Part shown: in pieces, positions 12,528 through 24,229 of the stretch
Layout of the letters: every line of letters starts with the position of its first letter
How positions within the stretch are numbered: position 1 is the first letter of the stretch
Source: Octopus bimaculoides
Taxonomy: Eukaryota
Assembly (NCBI RefSeq): GCF_001194135.2
Contig: NC_068982.1
Span: 182,807 to 246,806 of the forward strand
Direction of reading: 5' to 3'
DNA length: 64,000 nt
Translations under genes and position numbers: made by a program
Notes under the pieces: model-generated
Told to the model about the DNA's origin: nothing
Databases searched by the model: none
Seen by the model: only the letters and a program-made list of their open reading frames with translations

Positions 12528-13680
12528 TACACAGCATGGTGCATATTTATAAGACCAACTCAATTTTGAACATGCTGCTTTTTATGAGTTATTTGGAATT
12601 AATACTTAATAAATATAAACTTTCTTGAAATTAATTCCCGTTTTGTTTTGAAAACACTGCAAATAAATGTTACAGAACCACAGCCTAAAACACTGCACAA
12701 TTGAGTTAATTTTGCTAAAATAGATAAAGGTTTTTTTTTAACACTTTAATAGTTATTTGTAGTAAACAAAGAAAGTTGTATTTTATTTCAACCATGTCAC
12801 AAGATAAACAGCCACCACAACTTGAGTCAGCAAGAAACAGCAACTCAACTCAAGCATTTAATGAGAGCAGTTAGCAACATTTTTTTCTTTGTGCAGTCAA
12901 AAGATCTACAAGAAAGGAGTTAGTCATTAGAAGAGCAGCCGACAATTCTGTGACAGAATGGTGTGAAGATCCAACATTTCTTAAAACTTTGTCATGATGG
13001 GCTGTGTAGAAGGAACTGAAGAACTCACCAAACCTAGGATTTTCAAGACCAAAAAAAAAAAAAAAAAATCCAAAAGCAAAGATTGAATTGTTCAGAACAC
13101 AGATGGAAGTCTGTGACTGGTCAGATGAGAAAAATTTGGTTTGTCCTATTGGCATGATTTGCACAAAGTGATGGGAAATGGTTTGTCCAGCTTCTAGACC
13201 ACTTGGAAACGCATTTACACACAGCTTAATGCTGCCAAGTATCAGTCTTTTCCTGATACCTTGCTTCCACATGGTGAAAGAATTGTTGGGGGCAACAATG
13301 CTCCGATTCTATCGCATACAAAGCGAAGCAATGGTTTGAGAGCCTCAACATTAAAGTTATGTTCTCCTGGCCTCAATTCAATCAAAAAATACCTGTGTGG
13401 TGGCCTTCATTTTTGCCCAAGAAATGAAAAAGTCTATAAGATGTATGGACTTCATTAGACGAGGCCTCTACAGGGTAAAATGGGAGAGACTTTGTCAGCA
13501 CATGGTTTTTTTGTGGTTCTCCAGGGAGGTGTTACAACTTTCTTTGATATTAAATGATCTTACAATTTTGAAACATTTATTTTCAGTATTTTTCAAAACA
13601 GAAACATTTCTCATAATAAAGTGCCAGATCACTTCCATAAGTTCAACATTTAACTAGTCTTATAAAACATGCCAGGACTA
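12528..13680 (+). mobile_element. Decayed Tc1/Tc3-like DNA transposon with degenerate TIRs
   Basis: Fragments LVIRRAADNSV, WSDEK, YWHDLHK, NNAPILSH, KQWFESLNIKVM, QGGVT; imperfect inverted ends ttataagac..ttgaac at about 12536-12575 and 13641-13680. Confidence 0.68.
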
Positions 13681-15686
13681 AGTTCATCCAATTCTCAATG
13701 AAACAAAAACAGAATTATTTAAGTGTTCTGAAATCAACAAACATTAAGGGAAGGTCTAAATAGAACCTTCCAGCTGAACTGGACTTGGTATAAAGCTTGC
13801 AAAAATCTAATTTTTGCAAGCAATTTCCCACATTCAAATTTGTGTCAAGATATACAATGACTGTGCGTCACTGTGCAGCAACTAGGACTAAAAGAATTAA
13901 ATGATTTTCCTTTCTAAAAAGTCCTGTTTAAAATATTCTCTCCCCCCAACACACACAGATAAATGATCTTCCAAAACTAAAAAGAAAGCAACTTAGAATT
14001 CTCCCCATTTTTCAGCTTTGTGAAAATGAAAGAAAAATCTTCTCCAAAGAGGAGCCAGAGGAAATATTCATAGCAAGGTCAGCTAACTTGACCAATCAGT
14101 GCTACTTCTCTGTGAGTGTTTCACTATAAGAAAGAACTCCACACATTTTCTAATGCATGTAGAGTAATCCAGATAACATGTAGGAAAAAAATTTTATAAA
14201 CACACTTTGCATCTTTTGGAACCAGCTCAAAAAGCTTTGAAAAGCTAAGATTTTCTTTATCAACTGGCCAAACCAAAGCATCAACTGAGAGCCTTGTGGT
14301 TGCACTAATTTACTGCTGCCAGAAGATTTTTAGGTGTTTTAACAATAAATTCCTCAGAAGGTCCCAACAGTGCACCAATGAAACCCCTCAGAAAATAAAA
14401 GGTTTTTGTGGACAAGGAAAAACTGACATTGCACCAATAAAAACCTCTAAAGTTGATGAAAATCTCAAATGCTTTCCCCATAATGTCTGGAATCAGGAAA
14501 TTATAAAAGATAGGTTTGTTTTTAACATTACTGATGTTATGTTGTTGTTATTATTAGTGGAAATACAATTTGCATTAAGTAGAATAAGAAATCATGAACA
14601 GTTTGTTCTTGTTGACAAAAAACAATTTTGCAAAAAATAGAGATAATTGTAAAATGTAACTACATTCCAATTAATAAAATAAATAATAAAAAAAAGCAGC
14701 AGACAAGCAAACTGGTAACTCAGAATTTCATAAACATTTTCTGTGACACAAAATCCAATTTTTTCAAATGGACATGGGTAAGGAAAGTGATTTCAGCAAT
14801 ACATACACACACCACCTGCAGTGATGGGCTGGTGCTCTAGAAAAACCACTACAGTTCAATGAAGTTAAAATCCATTATGATATTGTTTAAATGTACGGTT
14901 GCAGTCTACTTTGAGAGAAACCTCACTGAAACATTGTAATGATTGATGTGTTTTCATCTTCTATCAGAACAAGTTTCCTCAGCTGCAGATAGCAGAAAAG
15001 GAATTCAGCCTCACCTGGACATATTTAATAAGTTTATCCAAACAGAATGATGATTAAAATCTAATGTTTTTGCATAAACTTTTAATGTCATAGATAAAGC
15101 ATTAATGAATGAGCAATGGATACGACACCTGCACTTTTCCAGAAACAGGGCAAACAACTAACTCTGTAGTGGCTGCTGCTAGCATCATATTCCAATTCCT
15201 CTCGGCAGCATTATTTACATGAAAAGAACTAAGTTTTGGACAATTCTCTCCTCCAAATAAATTTAGAAATGAAATATTTGTGGCATTCATACTTTTCTCT
15301 CCAATACAAACTATATTGATGACCGAGACAAGAAATGAATGACCCAAAGTTAACTTGGTCTAAAACGAATAGCAAACTTTGCTGACCACAAGACTTGAGA
15401 CTTTTATCTCAGAACAAAGTTGTTAGGTTCATTTGAATTGAAGATCAAGACTAATGTAAAAATTTGTTTTGTCAAGAAAATAGAAAAGGTTTTTCTTTTT
15501 GTCAACCAGTAACATGTCTTTCAAAATGGCTCAAGTAAATGGAGAAATATCTTCTATCAAAAATAGGATAAAAGAAACCAGAATCCAGGGTAGTTTTAGT
15601 GTACAGCATATAGAGTGAAAAATAGTGTCTTGGGAAATAGAAAATTTGACTAAGAATTAGAAAAAAACTTCAACAGGAAATTAATA

Positions 15687-15749
15687 TTAGGGGTTAGCTT
15701 TATTCAGCTTCTTTCCATCCAGTTTGCAAGCACCTTCGAAACTTGCTCT
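15687..15749 (-). CDS. Candidate terminal coding exon on the - strand
   Basis: Long T-tract-ctgttcag acceptor; phase-compatible with the 44-nt exon, giving RASFEGACKLDGKKLNKANP* (stop ends 15687) or ESKFRRCLQTGWKEAE* (stop ends 15700). Confidence 0.28.
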   Translation of the reverse strand, partial: RASFEGACKLDGKKLNKANP

Positions 15750-15970
15750 CTGAACAGATAAAAAAAATAAATAATAATAATTCATATCTAATCAACAATT
15801 CATACCAGATAACCCCATTAATTAATATACAGTCCTAACCTCGATGTAATATTGAAACAAAATGAACATTTTTTTATGTGACATCACTGATATTTGTGAT
15901 GATCTTTAAGACCTAATTAAAAATGTGTTAATGACAGTGAAAAGAAGATGGAAATTATCAGAAAACTTAC

Positions 15971-16014
15971 CAGATGCAATGATGAAATTTGAAACTGATG
16001 CCCAGGACATAATC
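15971..16014 (-). CDS. Candidate 44-nt exon, possibly the 3' part of the TDRD1-like gene
   Basis: ttcttttccaaag acceptor and CTG/gtaagt donor; frame undetermined (GLCPGHQFQISSLHL or IMSWASVSNFIIAS). Confidence 0.3.
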
Positions 16015-18757
16015 CTTTGGAAAAGAATTGTTACAAAATACATTATGCTGTGTAAATTGAACTGTTTTGGTTAACATTGCAGCCACAAAACTGCTTAGGC
16101 CCCAGAGCATCAAAAGCTTTTTTAGACAGAAAGAATAATTCAGTCAAGTTCTCTCATTACACCAGAAAAGGTTTGCTGAAGAAAATAAAACTACTTTTAA
16201 AAGGAAACCAACTTCTACTTGACTGTCTCATGAGAACAGAGTTAATTTTTACCCCCAAATCTTTTAAATTACTCCTCAATCTGACCTTAATGTTCTAACT
16301 GAACTTTTAAAACTGTGTATTGGTTATATCAAATCTTAAACTTTACCTGACTTAAAAGAAATCTTTAGTGTTTACTGTTGCCTGATAAATGAACAGCATC
16401 GAACATAACTGTTTCAACACTCTTTAGTTTTGTCCATCAACTACCACTGTACACTTCACCATAACCAATGAGCAGCACTGTTAAACGTCATGCATTTAAC
16501 AAGTACAGTGAAGTGAAAAAAAAAGTTGATTAACGCATTTTGAGAAACATTCCAGCCAGACACTAGTTTTGCATTTCCCTTCTCACCTGTTTTTGGCATT
16601 TTTATCTCTACAAATGTTTTAAAGGAATATGCAATATGTTTATCCAAAAACTACCGTGAGATGATGACAGCTCAGCCACTACAACAGTTATACAAACTCC
16701 GAACAAAGTAATAATACACTTCCAGAAAAAACTAACAAAGTGAATAAACAGCTAAAAGCTGTGGAAAAGATCCATGACATTGATAATCTGAGAGAAACTG
16801 GATGTGACCATTTAATTATCTTGATCAGGTCTTAATATCACTACATTGCTGGTTTATGTCTTTATTGTTGAGGCCTATGTGATATCAAGTAGCTTTATAC
16901 ACCCAAATGCAATTGTCAAAAGGAAAATTCTATAACAGTTTGAGTCTATTTCCTATGACACATTCGGTTATTCAAACTCTAGCATTATTTCCATAATGCA
17001 ATGCACCCAGGCAGACAAGTTAACCTGGTTGTGCCATTCGTCTGTTTTAATGCCAGATAACATTTGAATTGATGAAATGTTTGTTAACAGTGACAATATT
17101 GTCACCGTTAATATTAACGATCCCACATTTGAACAACAAACGTTAAAACAGCAAAATGCTGGTGGAGGCTGGTGATGCCTTAGAAAACGAGAAAATGCAT
17201 CTCAAGTCAGCTCTCCATTTGCTTCCCCCACTATTTTTTTTATAAAAAAAAAAAGGAAAAAAGTTTGATAAAGCCACTTAAAAAAAAATCATGGCAAAAA
17301 CCAAGTTATCTTAAATGAAAAATTATTAGGTATATTTAGTAAATTTTTTTTTAAATGGTGTATTCAATAAGGAGCATTTTATGCTCATGCATATTTATAA
17401 TTGTAAGTTTTAGTATGATTGCACTAAATCTTGACCATATTAAAGATATATATATATATTACCTATGGTCTACAAAATTCATACCAGATTTGAGCTCAGG
17501 GTGCACTAAATAATCAGCCACCATTAGCTACAACTGCACTGAATTATCATTGTGTGAACAGAAATTTCAACATTATGAAGCCCCTGTGAGCTAGGGTTCA
17601 ATAAGATTCCGAGATTACATGAATCCTAAATCACATAATTGCACCAAGTTTAAATTTCATAGTTACACATTAGATGTGCTTGTACAAAATAAAACTACCT
17701 GAGCCTGTAGTGAGCTACAAATTGACAAATATAGCAGCAGGACGATAAAGGAAACACTGACTGAGTGATTTTCTTAGAATCAATTCAGTCAGGTGAAAGG
17801 AAGAGATTAGAAAAAAAAAGTTAAACTATTTCTTGAGTTGTTGAAGAAAATGTTTGTTAATCCATTGATTCTAGCTTCTTCTTTAATTCTTCAATCTGTT
17901 GGAGAATTAGTTCTTTGGCTGAAAACAAAAGAAAAAAAAAAAATTTTTTTATTGTTACTTGTCCTGTTTGAGATGCAGGCATTCACATCTTATATGGACA
18001 GAGCACCTATGCTGGTGTTACATTCAATACACTGTGTAAAGTGGTTGGCATTAGGAAGGACATCCAGCCATAGAAACCATGTCAAAACAATGGAGCCTGA
18101 ACAGCTTTGCAGCTCCTTGTCAAGCCATCCAACCCATGCCAGCATGAAAAACGGACGTTAAATGATGATGAGAATGAACTACATCTACACAGTGATTTAC
18201 CATTTCAACAGCAAAAAACAAAGACACATTAATGGCAGGTTTTTCTGCCACACTCCATCTGAAGTGTTAAGGTTAGTAAAACTATCAGACATACCTGTAA
18301 CCCCCTTAGAAAGGGGAGGGTGATTAAAACTAATTTTGTATGTAAGATAATCAGAGTACTTCATTAACACCCTTCACAGGTGCAACAGTACAAGTCTCCT
18401 TAAAGCTTTCCACCCAGCAAAAGAGAACAGAGTCACAAAGACTAGGGTTCCTCTGTATCCCAGTCAGAAATGGCCCATAACATTCATGTTGAACACCTGT
18501 ACACCTATAACTGCAATTGAGGACACTATTTAGCGAGAGACCCAGATTGTAAGTGAAGGGGAAAGACAAATGCTTTAAACATTGTTTCTCTTGAGCTGTC
18601 AGATATACAATACATCAGTGAGAGTTTCTTTACCAACAACATCACTTCTTTTGGCTGTCATTATAGATGGTCTCACAGCTCCAAATGTTTCAATATCCAA
18701 TGCCTGTATACATTATTTACAATGGACGGATACTTGTCCTCATCTTGTTTGTTGTAA

Positions 18758-18801
18758 TCACAACGTTTCGGCTGATAGACTCTCCAGCCTTCATCAGGAG
18801 T
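18758..18801 (-). ncRNA. Second minimal hammerhead ribozyme motif (helix I degenerate)
   Basis: - strand ACUC-CUGAUGA-A-GGCUG-gagagtctat-CAGCC-GAAACGUU-GUGA; core and helix II intact, helix I has 2 mismatches; shares about 50 nt of 3' flank with the 22.5-kb copy. Confidence 0.7.
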
Positions 18802-19144
18802 TCTGGAAATGGATATTTCTCCAAGATACTTTATTGTGAGCAATAGTGGTGGCTTTGTTAATTGTGTCCTCAATCTGGTCATTCGCAATGATATCTAGGA
18901 GATGAAACGTTTTCAGTAAGCAGTTGTCTTTTATATCGCTAATGAAAGGGAGACCGAAGCCTTTTGTTCAGTGAACTGGAGCAAGTTATGTACGTTGGTT
19001 GAGAATCGGAACAGCACAATTCTTCTAAGATCTCATCTTCCAACCATATTGACACCAGAAAACATTTGGACTTTTTACTGTGTCTCAAATTACCAAATCT
19101 TTGAATTTCTTCTCTTTCTAAGAAAAATGAAATCAGAAACTTAC

Positions 19145-19315
19145 CAGAAACACTTTCATTTGATGGTGATGCAGCATTTGTTGCCTTTTTGTCCTCAAAG
19201 TCCTCCTCCAAGATAATACTGTAAGAATTAAGAGTTTCACCAACCACTGCAGCATTAATTGGTTGTTCCCGAAGTTGAAGGAGCTTCTCTTTTGTCCACT
19301 TTTCTTTTGATTTAC
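19145..19315 (-). CDS. TDRD1: TDRD1/Vreteno-like exon: eTudor 4 C-terminal part (last confidently placed exon)
   Basis: ttcaattag/gtaagt, phase 1-1; GKSKEKWTKEKLLQLREQPINAAVVGETLNSYSIILEEDFEDKKATNAASPSNESVS. Confidence 0.85.
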
Positions 19316-19538
19316 CTAATTGAAATAGAATGGAGAAGAATTTCAGTGCTTAATTATTGTGGCAAGGGATAAAAGGATTGGCCAAATCCTAAATAAACAG
19401 AAAGCAGATAAGACTCTTTCCATCAGGTAATATGGCCCTCCTCACTATGTAGGAAAAGAGTTGGAAGTAATTCCATTCACTGCACCCAGTGTAAGCTATG
19501 GCCACATAAGAGATGCAGTGAAATTACAGGTAGATTAA

Positions 19539-20190
19539 CCCTTTTGTTACCAAACTGCCCGTAATTACATATTCATATTTAAATGAGAATATCAGAGCAA
19601 ATCTCGTTAGTACATTCGTGAAAACACGTGATTATACTGCGTAAACAATTCAGCTACAGTTTTGTACAATGATCGATGTGTTATTTTAATTCTGTAAATT
19701 TTGGGAGATTTTTTTCCCAAATTTGTTCCTGTTGTGTTTTGAAAATTTGTAATTCTGACAAAAAAATGGATAAGAATTTCATTCTGTCAATCAGCGAGTC
19801 AGAATTTGAAGGATTTTCCACGGAAGACCTTGACAAATCTAACTCTGTAACTGATAAAAAAAAAAAAAAGGCGGGTGGTATTTGATAATGAATCCGATGT
19901 TTCATTTTCCGAAAGTGAAAGCAGTGAATCCGAGAGCTCCGATGACAGCAATAAAGGGAATGAATTGGTACCTGAATGGAGTGAAAATTTAAAAACCGTT
20001 TCTTTCAGTGATTTTTCTGAAGAAACTGGACCAAGTCACAGTCTTTCTCAGGAGAGCAAAGCTTTGGACTATTTCTTTTTACTTTCCCCTATGAGCTTAT
20101 TTGAAATGATTACAGTTGAAACAAACCGTTATGCTGAAAGTAAACAAAGCGAAAAAAAAAAGGATAGTTTGTGGTTTCGCACAAGCTTAA
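19539..20190 (+). mobile_element. piggyBac-type transposon 5' fragment with transposase N-terminus
   Basis: TTAA (19535-19538) then CCCTTTTGTTACC; acidic N-terminus, then FSEETGP..ALDYFFLL..LFEMITVETNRYA (PGBD4-like); frameshift at the poly-A run; truncated. Confidence 0.75.
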
Positions 20191-21813
20191 GAGACACTGG
20201 ATGAGGTGGTGAGGACCAATCTCAGGATGTTGGGGTCACAGTAGAGATGGTGACAATGGACTGAGATGCCTGGTGAAGTTCTTGAAAAGACCCCCACCCA
20301 CTTCACTGAAACTGAGTTCTACAAGAGCTGTGTGTGTCCCACCCACATGCAACAACAAGAATAAAATTTTTCTCAAACCAAACTACATCTCTTCTTCACA
20401 TTTCCTCTTTTTGATGCACTATATGCTTATCTCTCACTCTCCTCATCACCCTACTCATTCCATCATTGTTATCTTGTTGTCCCCCACCCCCTGCACTTTC
20501 TGCATTCATGTGAAGACTCTACTCCCTACTCATGCACCTTTGGCAATATCCTATCAATTTATATTCTCACCATCCCATACCTTGAGGCTATGCCATGGCA
20601 CTTTGCCACCATCTCTCCCTTCTGAACGGGTAACTAGGTCTCTCCTCTACAGCAACACACCTGCTTCTGTGTCTCTTTCACAAGCTTACTTCTTCCAATG
20701 CTCCCTCCCTTCTCAAAGGATCTTTGTCTTGCAAATTACTTGGTTCCCCATAAAAAGCATCCAGTCCACACTGTAAAGTGATAGGCGTTTGGAAGGCCAT
20801 CCAGCAGTAAAAACCATTCCAAAACTGACCTCACCTGTGCTGGTGCCACATAAAAAGCACTCAGTCCACTCTGCGAGGTGGATGGTGTCAGGAAGAACAT
20901 CCAGTCGTAAAAACCCTGCCAAAACAGACAGTCTTCTCAAACCGTCCAACCCATACCAGCACAGAAAGTGGACGTTAAATGATGCTGATGGACAAAGCTG
21001 AAACATCGTTGACCAAAAGTCTGTTCAACAAGGGCTAGCCTGATGTTAATAGTCTGCTTCCACTGAAAATCAACAACAGCGCTTGTATGAAAACAAGACA
21101 GAAATGGGAGACAAGTACCAACCGCTTTGGCGATGGCAGCTGAAGATTAAAATACGAAGAGGAGGGGTCAGATCTGAATATTGGCACCAGAGATGCAACA
21201 GCAAAAGATCCATTGTGAATGATGATCAGTTGTACAGCAGACCCTGCAATTTATGAAGACTTGAAATCAATATATAATATTTAGAGGACGTCAGCAAGAT
21301 GGCACAATTGCTTGTGAGGGAAAATGCAGATGAAACGTTTAAATTCTGCCATGGCTGACTTTATCATTCATCCCTACAGGGTCGATAAAACACCAGTTGA
21401 GCCCTGCGGGTCAATGTAACCCACTTTCGACACCAAAATTGCTAGCCTTGTGCCTAAGCTTGGAACCACTTCTACTTAAGTGAGAAAGCCTAGCTTTATG
21501 TGGTGGCTGCAGCTACACCACAAATTTAAAACTAACATTTCTCTTGTAGACTGAAGTATACTGAGCAAGATTAATCCTATTAGCCTCATTTATACAGAAA
21601 GAAAAGAAACCTCGTGATTCCTACTCTTTCACGGCAAGCAGTTATGAAACAGTTTTCTAAGAGCAAGTACCTGAGAATTGCATTCTTCAGAAATTCATAC
21701 AAATAACTGAGTTTTGTAAACTAACCTAATTACATGAATATTGTTTTAGAAGGGAAAAAAAATCATGCAAAAGAAAATCTTTGATTAATTAAAAGAGAGT
21801 TTAATGTATTTAC

Positions 21814-21978
21814 CTGCCAAAGAACATCGAGCTGCTAATATCGGTATTTCTGCCAACTCGTCTGTGAGAGGCATTATCTCATTTTGGGTAACTCTACCAC
21901 TACAACCAAAATCAACATAAAATACAGAAAATTCTGCCTTGGAAACTGCCATAACTTTAGCCCGGTACCATTTTCCAT
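21814..21978 (-). CDS. TDRD1: TDRD1/Vreteno-like exon: Tudor 4 core
   Basis: tttgtttttacag/gtaaat, phase 1-1; DGKWYRAKVMAVSKAEFSVFYVDFGCSGRV...LAEIPILAARCSLA. Confidence 0.95.
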
Positions 21979-22460
21979 CTGTAAAAACAAAGAAATAGAA
22001 TCTTCAAACAATTCAGAATTAGGAATCAAAATGATAATTCAAGATTGAACTAAAATGTTAAAACATTTGTGGGTACGAAGCTTAAGTCTCACTTTAGGCA
22101 AGGGTCTTCCACTATAACTACAGGCTAATCAGAGCCTCGTGTGTGGGATTTGACAGAGAGAGACTGAAAGACACTCGCATGTGTGTGTGTGTGTGTATAG
22201 CCTTGTTTTCCCATCAATTGATGATTGTAACTGGGTATCTCTATCATAGAAGCAATGGTGTTCATTTTCTGTTATCTATGGGGAAATGTTACCTTGCTTG
22301 AAAACAAACGAGGGTTGGCAGCAAGTATAGAAAATTTGCCTCAGCAGATTCTTTCTGACCCATTGCAACTATGCAAAAGTTGATGTTAAACAACAATAAT
22401 GATGACGATAGTACATTATTTACAATTGACAGATATTTGTCCTCGTCTTGTCTGTTGTTA

Positions 22461-22504
22461 ACACAACGTTTCGGCTGATATACCCTCCAGCCTTCATCAG
22501 GTGT
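22461..22504 (-). ncRNA. Minimal type I hammerhead ribozyme motif (Penelope-like element/retrozyme type)
   Basis: - strand ACAC-CUGAUGA-A-GGCUG-gagggtatat-CAGCC-GAAACGUU-GUGU: both core boxes, 5-bp helix II, 4-bp helix I, palindromic helix III. Confidence 0.8.
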
Positions 22505-23709
22505 ATTGGGGAAATTTTGAACCTGGGTTCTCATTCCTAAGGTATTTTTCGATAGGAGGGGCATCCAGCTGTAGAAACTGTGCCAAATCAGATTGGAGCC
22601 TGGTGTAGCCATCTGGTTTCACCAGTCCTCAGTCAAATCGTCCAACCCATGCTAGCATGGAAAGCGAACGTTAAACAATGATGACGATTATTATTATTAT
22701 TCAGGTCACTACCTGGAATCGAACTCGGAATCTTGGGGTTAGTAGCCCATGCTCTTAACCGCTACGCCATATGCCCATGGTGTTTCTTGTAGACTGCTTC
22801 AGGCAAATCAACAACTGCAATTCAATGATTCAGGTCAGACCAGATTTCTTGATGACCTGCAGCATTCATTATCTACCATATATGGAGTCCAATTTCACAG
22901 CAATGTAGCTGAAGGTTTCCAAGGCAAAAAGTACCACTCCATATCTCGGTAATTCAGAAAACAGCCAGCTATGAGAATAACAAGCTTCAATTTGAAAGTT
23001 TGTCTTTTATGTCTGCTGGGTGGTTCTTATTAAAAAGGGTGTCCAGCCAAAACAGACACAGAAGTCCGGTGCAGGGTCCTGTCAAACTGTCCAACCCATG
23101 CTAACATGGAAGGCGGATGTTAAATGATGACAATATGTATAAAAAAAAATTTTTTTTTAAAGTTGCTTTCACAGGGAGTCTGTTGTGAGGGAAATGTTAA
23201 TTCTTTGACAAGACTCACTAAGTTCCACATTTATTCGTTTTATCTAAACACGTTACTGACTAGCAATATTCATTTTGTTTCACAAAATACAGCTTCTATT
23301 TTGTTGTTTCTAGCAGAACATTAAAGTCTTGCCACAACTGTTCTGGCTCATTAGTTATACTTGATATTACAGGGTTAGGATGCGTTGGATCACAGCCAGC
23401 TTGGAACAATGCAAGAGAGGAGCGAGTTGCCTACGTTACGGCTGTCATCATTAACACATTTCACAATTCCTGAAATCAGAGAATTAACTTTAATTTTTGA
23501 TATTTTCTTAACTTTAGCTTCTACAAACATCATTTCAGTCAACAGCAGTAACGTTCAACCATTATTTTTTCATTTTTATCGACCCCTTTCATTCCTATTT
23601 TACTCTACTGGGCCCCTGTAGCCATTCAATGTTCGACTCAATTTGAGAACAAATAGTTTACAAGGAAAAAAAAAAAAACAACCCTGACTTATTTGAAACT
23701 AAAACTTAC

Positions 23710-23823
23710 CTGAATATTTGCAACAAACAACTTCTCCAATCTCAGGTTGAATTACTGAATTCAGATGAGAAGTCTCACACATTTTATTTAATTGTTCAGT
23801 CATGTCAGTCAAAGCTTCCATAG
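23710..23823 (-). CDS. TDRD1: TDRD1/Vreteno-like exon: eTudor 4 helix and first strand
   Basis: ttttctcttcag/gtaagt, phase 1-1; MEALTDMTEQLNKMCETSHLNSVIQPEIGEVVCCKYS. Confidence 0.92.
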
Positions 23824-23950
23824 CTGAAGAGAAAATGGTAACTTTTAAACATATAAAACTGCTAATCACACAAAAATCAAATGAGAAGAATAAAGACATT
23901 AACGGAACTGTGATATTATGCATAATCCCTTTATTGTTAGTATCATTGAG

Positions 23951-24180
23951 AAGGCAGTGAACTAGCAGAATGGTTAGCATGCTGGACAATATGCTTAGAG
24001 GTATTTCATCCCTCTTTATGGTCTTTGTTCAAATTCTGCCATGGTTGACTTAGCTTTTTAGCCTTTCAGGTTTGAGAAAATAAATACCAGTTAAGAACTG
24101 GGATCCATGTAATAGATTACCCCCAACATCGCCAAATTTTGAGGCCTTGTGCTTCCAGTAGAAAGGATTATTATTATTGA
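23951..24180 (+). mobile_element. tRNA-derived SINE (abundant family; other copies at about 10465, 21290, 25440, 43500, 54040)
   Basis: A/B-box-like head, conserved core (ctttcatcctttcggggtcgataa..taagtaccagtt-like) and (ATT)n tail recurring through the window. Confidence 0.8.
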
Positions 24181-24229
24181 CTGAGAGAGCAATGCACGTC
24201 ATCAAAGTGACACTAAGGCATAAATATAT

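Noticed and set aside
18599-18963. Alternative TDRD1-like exons GFGLPFISDIK...AHNK and ALDIETFGAVRP...LYI*
   Set aside because: Phase-compatible, but both acceptors lack pyrimidine tracts and the peptides match no domain I recognise; needs cDNA
18939-19000. YITCSSSLNKRLRSPFH as a Penelope GIY-YIG endonuclease remnant
   Set aside because: Lacks the conserved YIG glycine and an upstream GIY; similarity too weak without a profile search
22700-22780. tRNA-like sequences (also about 26849, 42385)
   Set aside because: SINE heads with A/B boxes that do not fold into a complete cloverleaf; not tRNA genes
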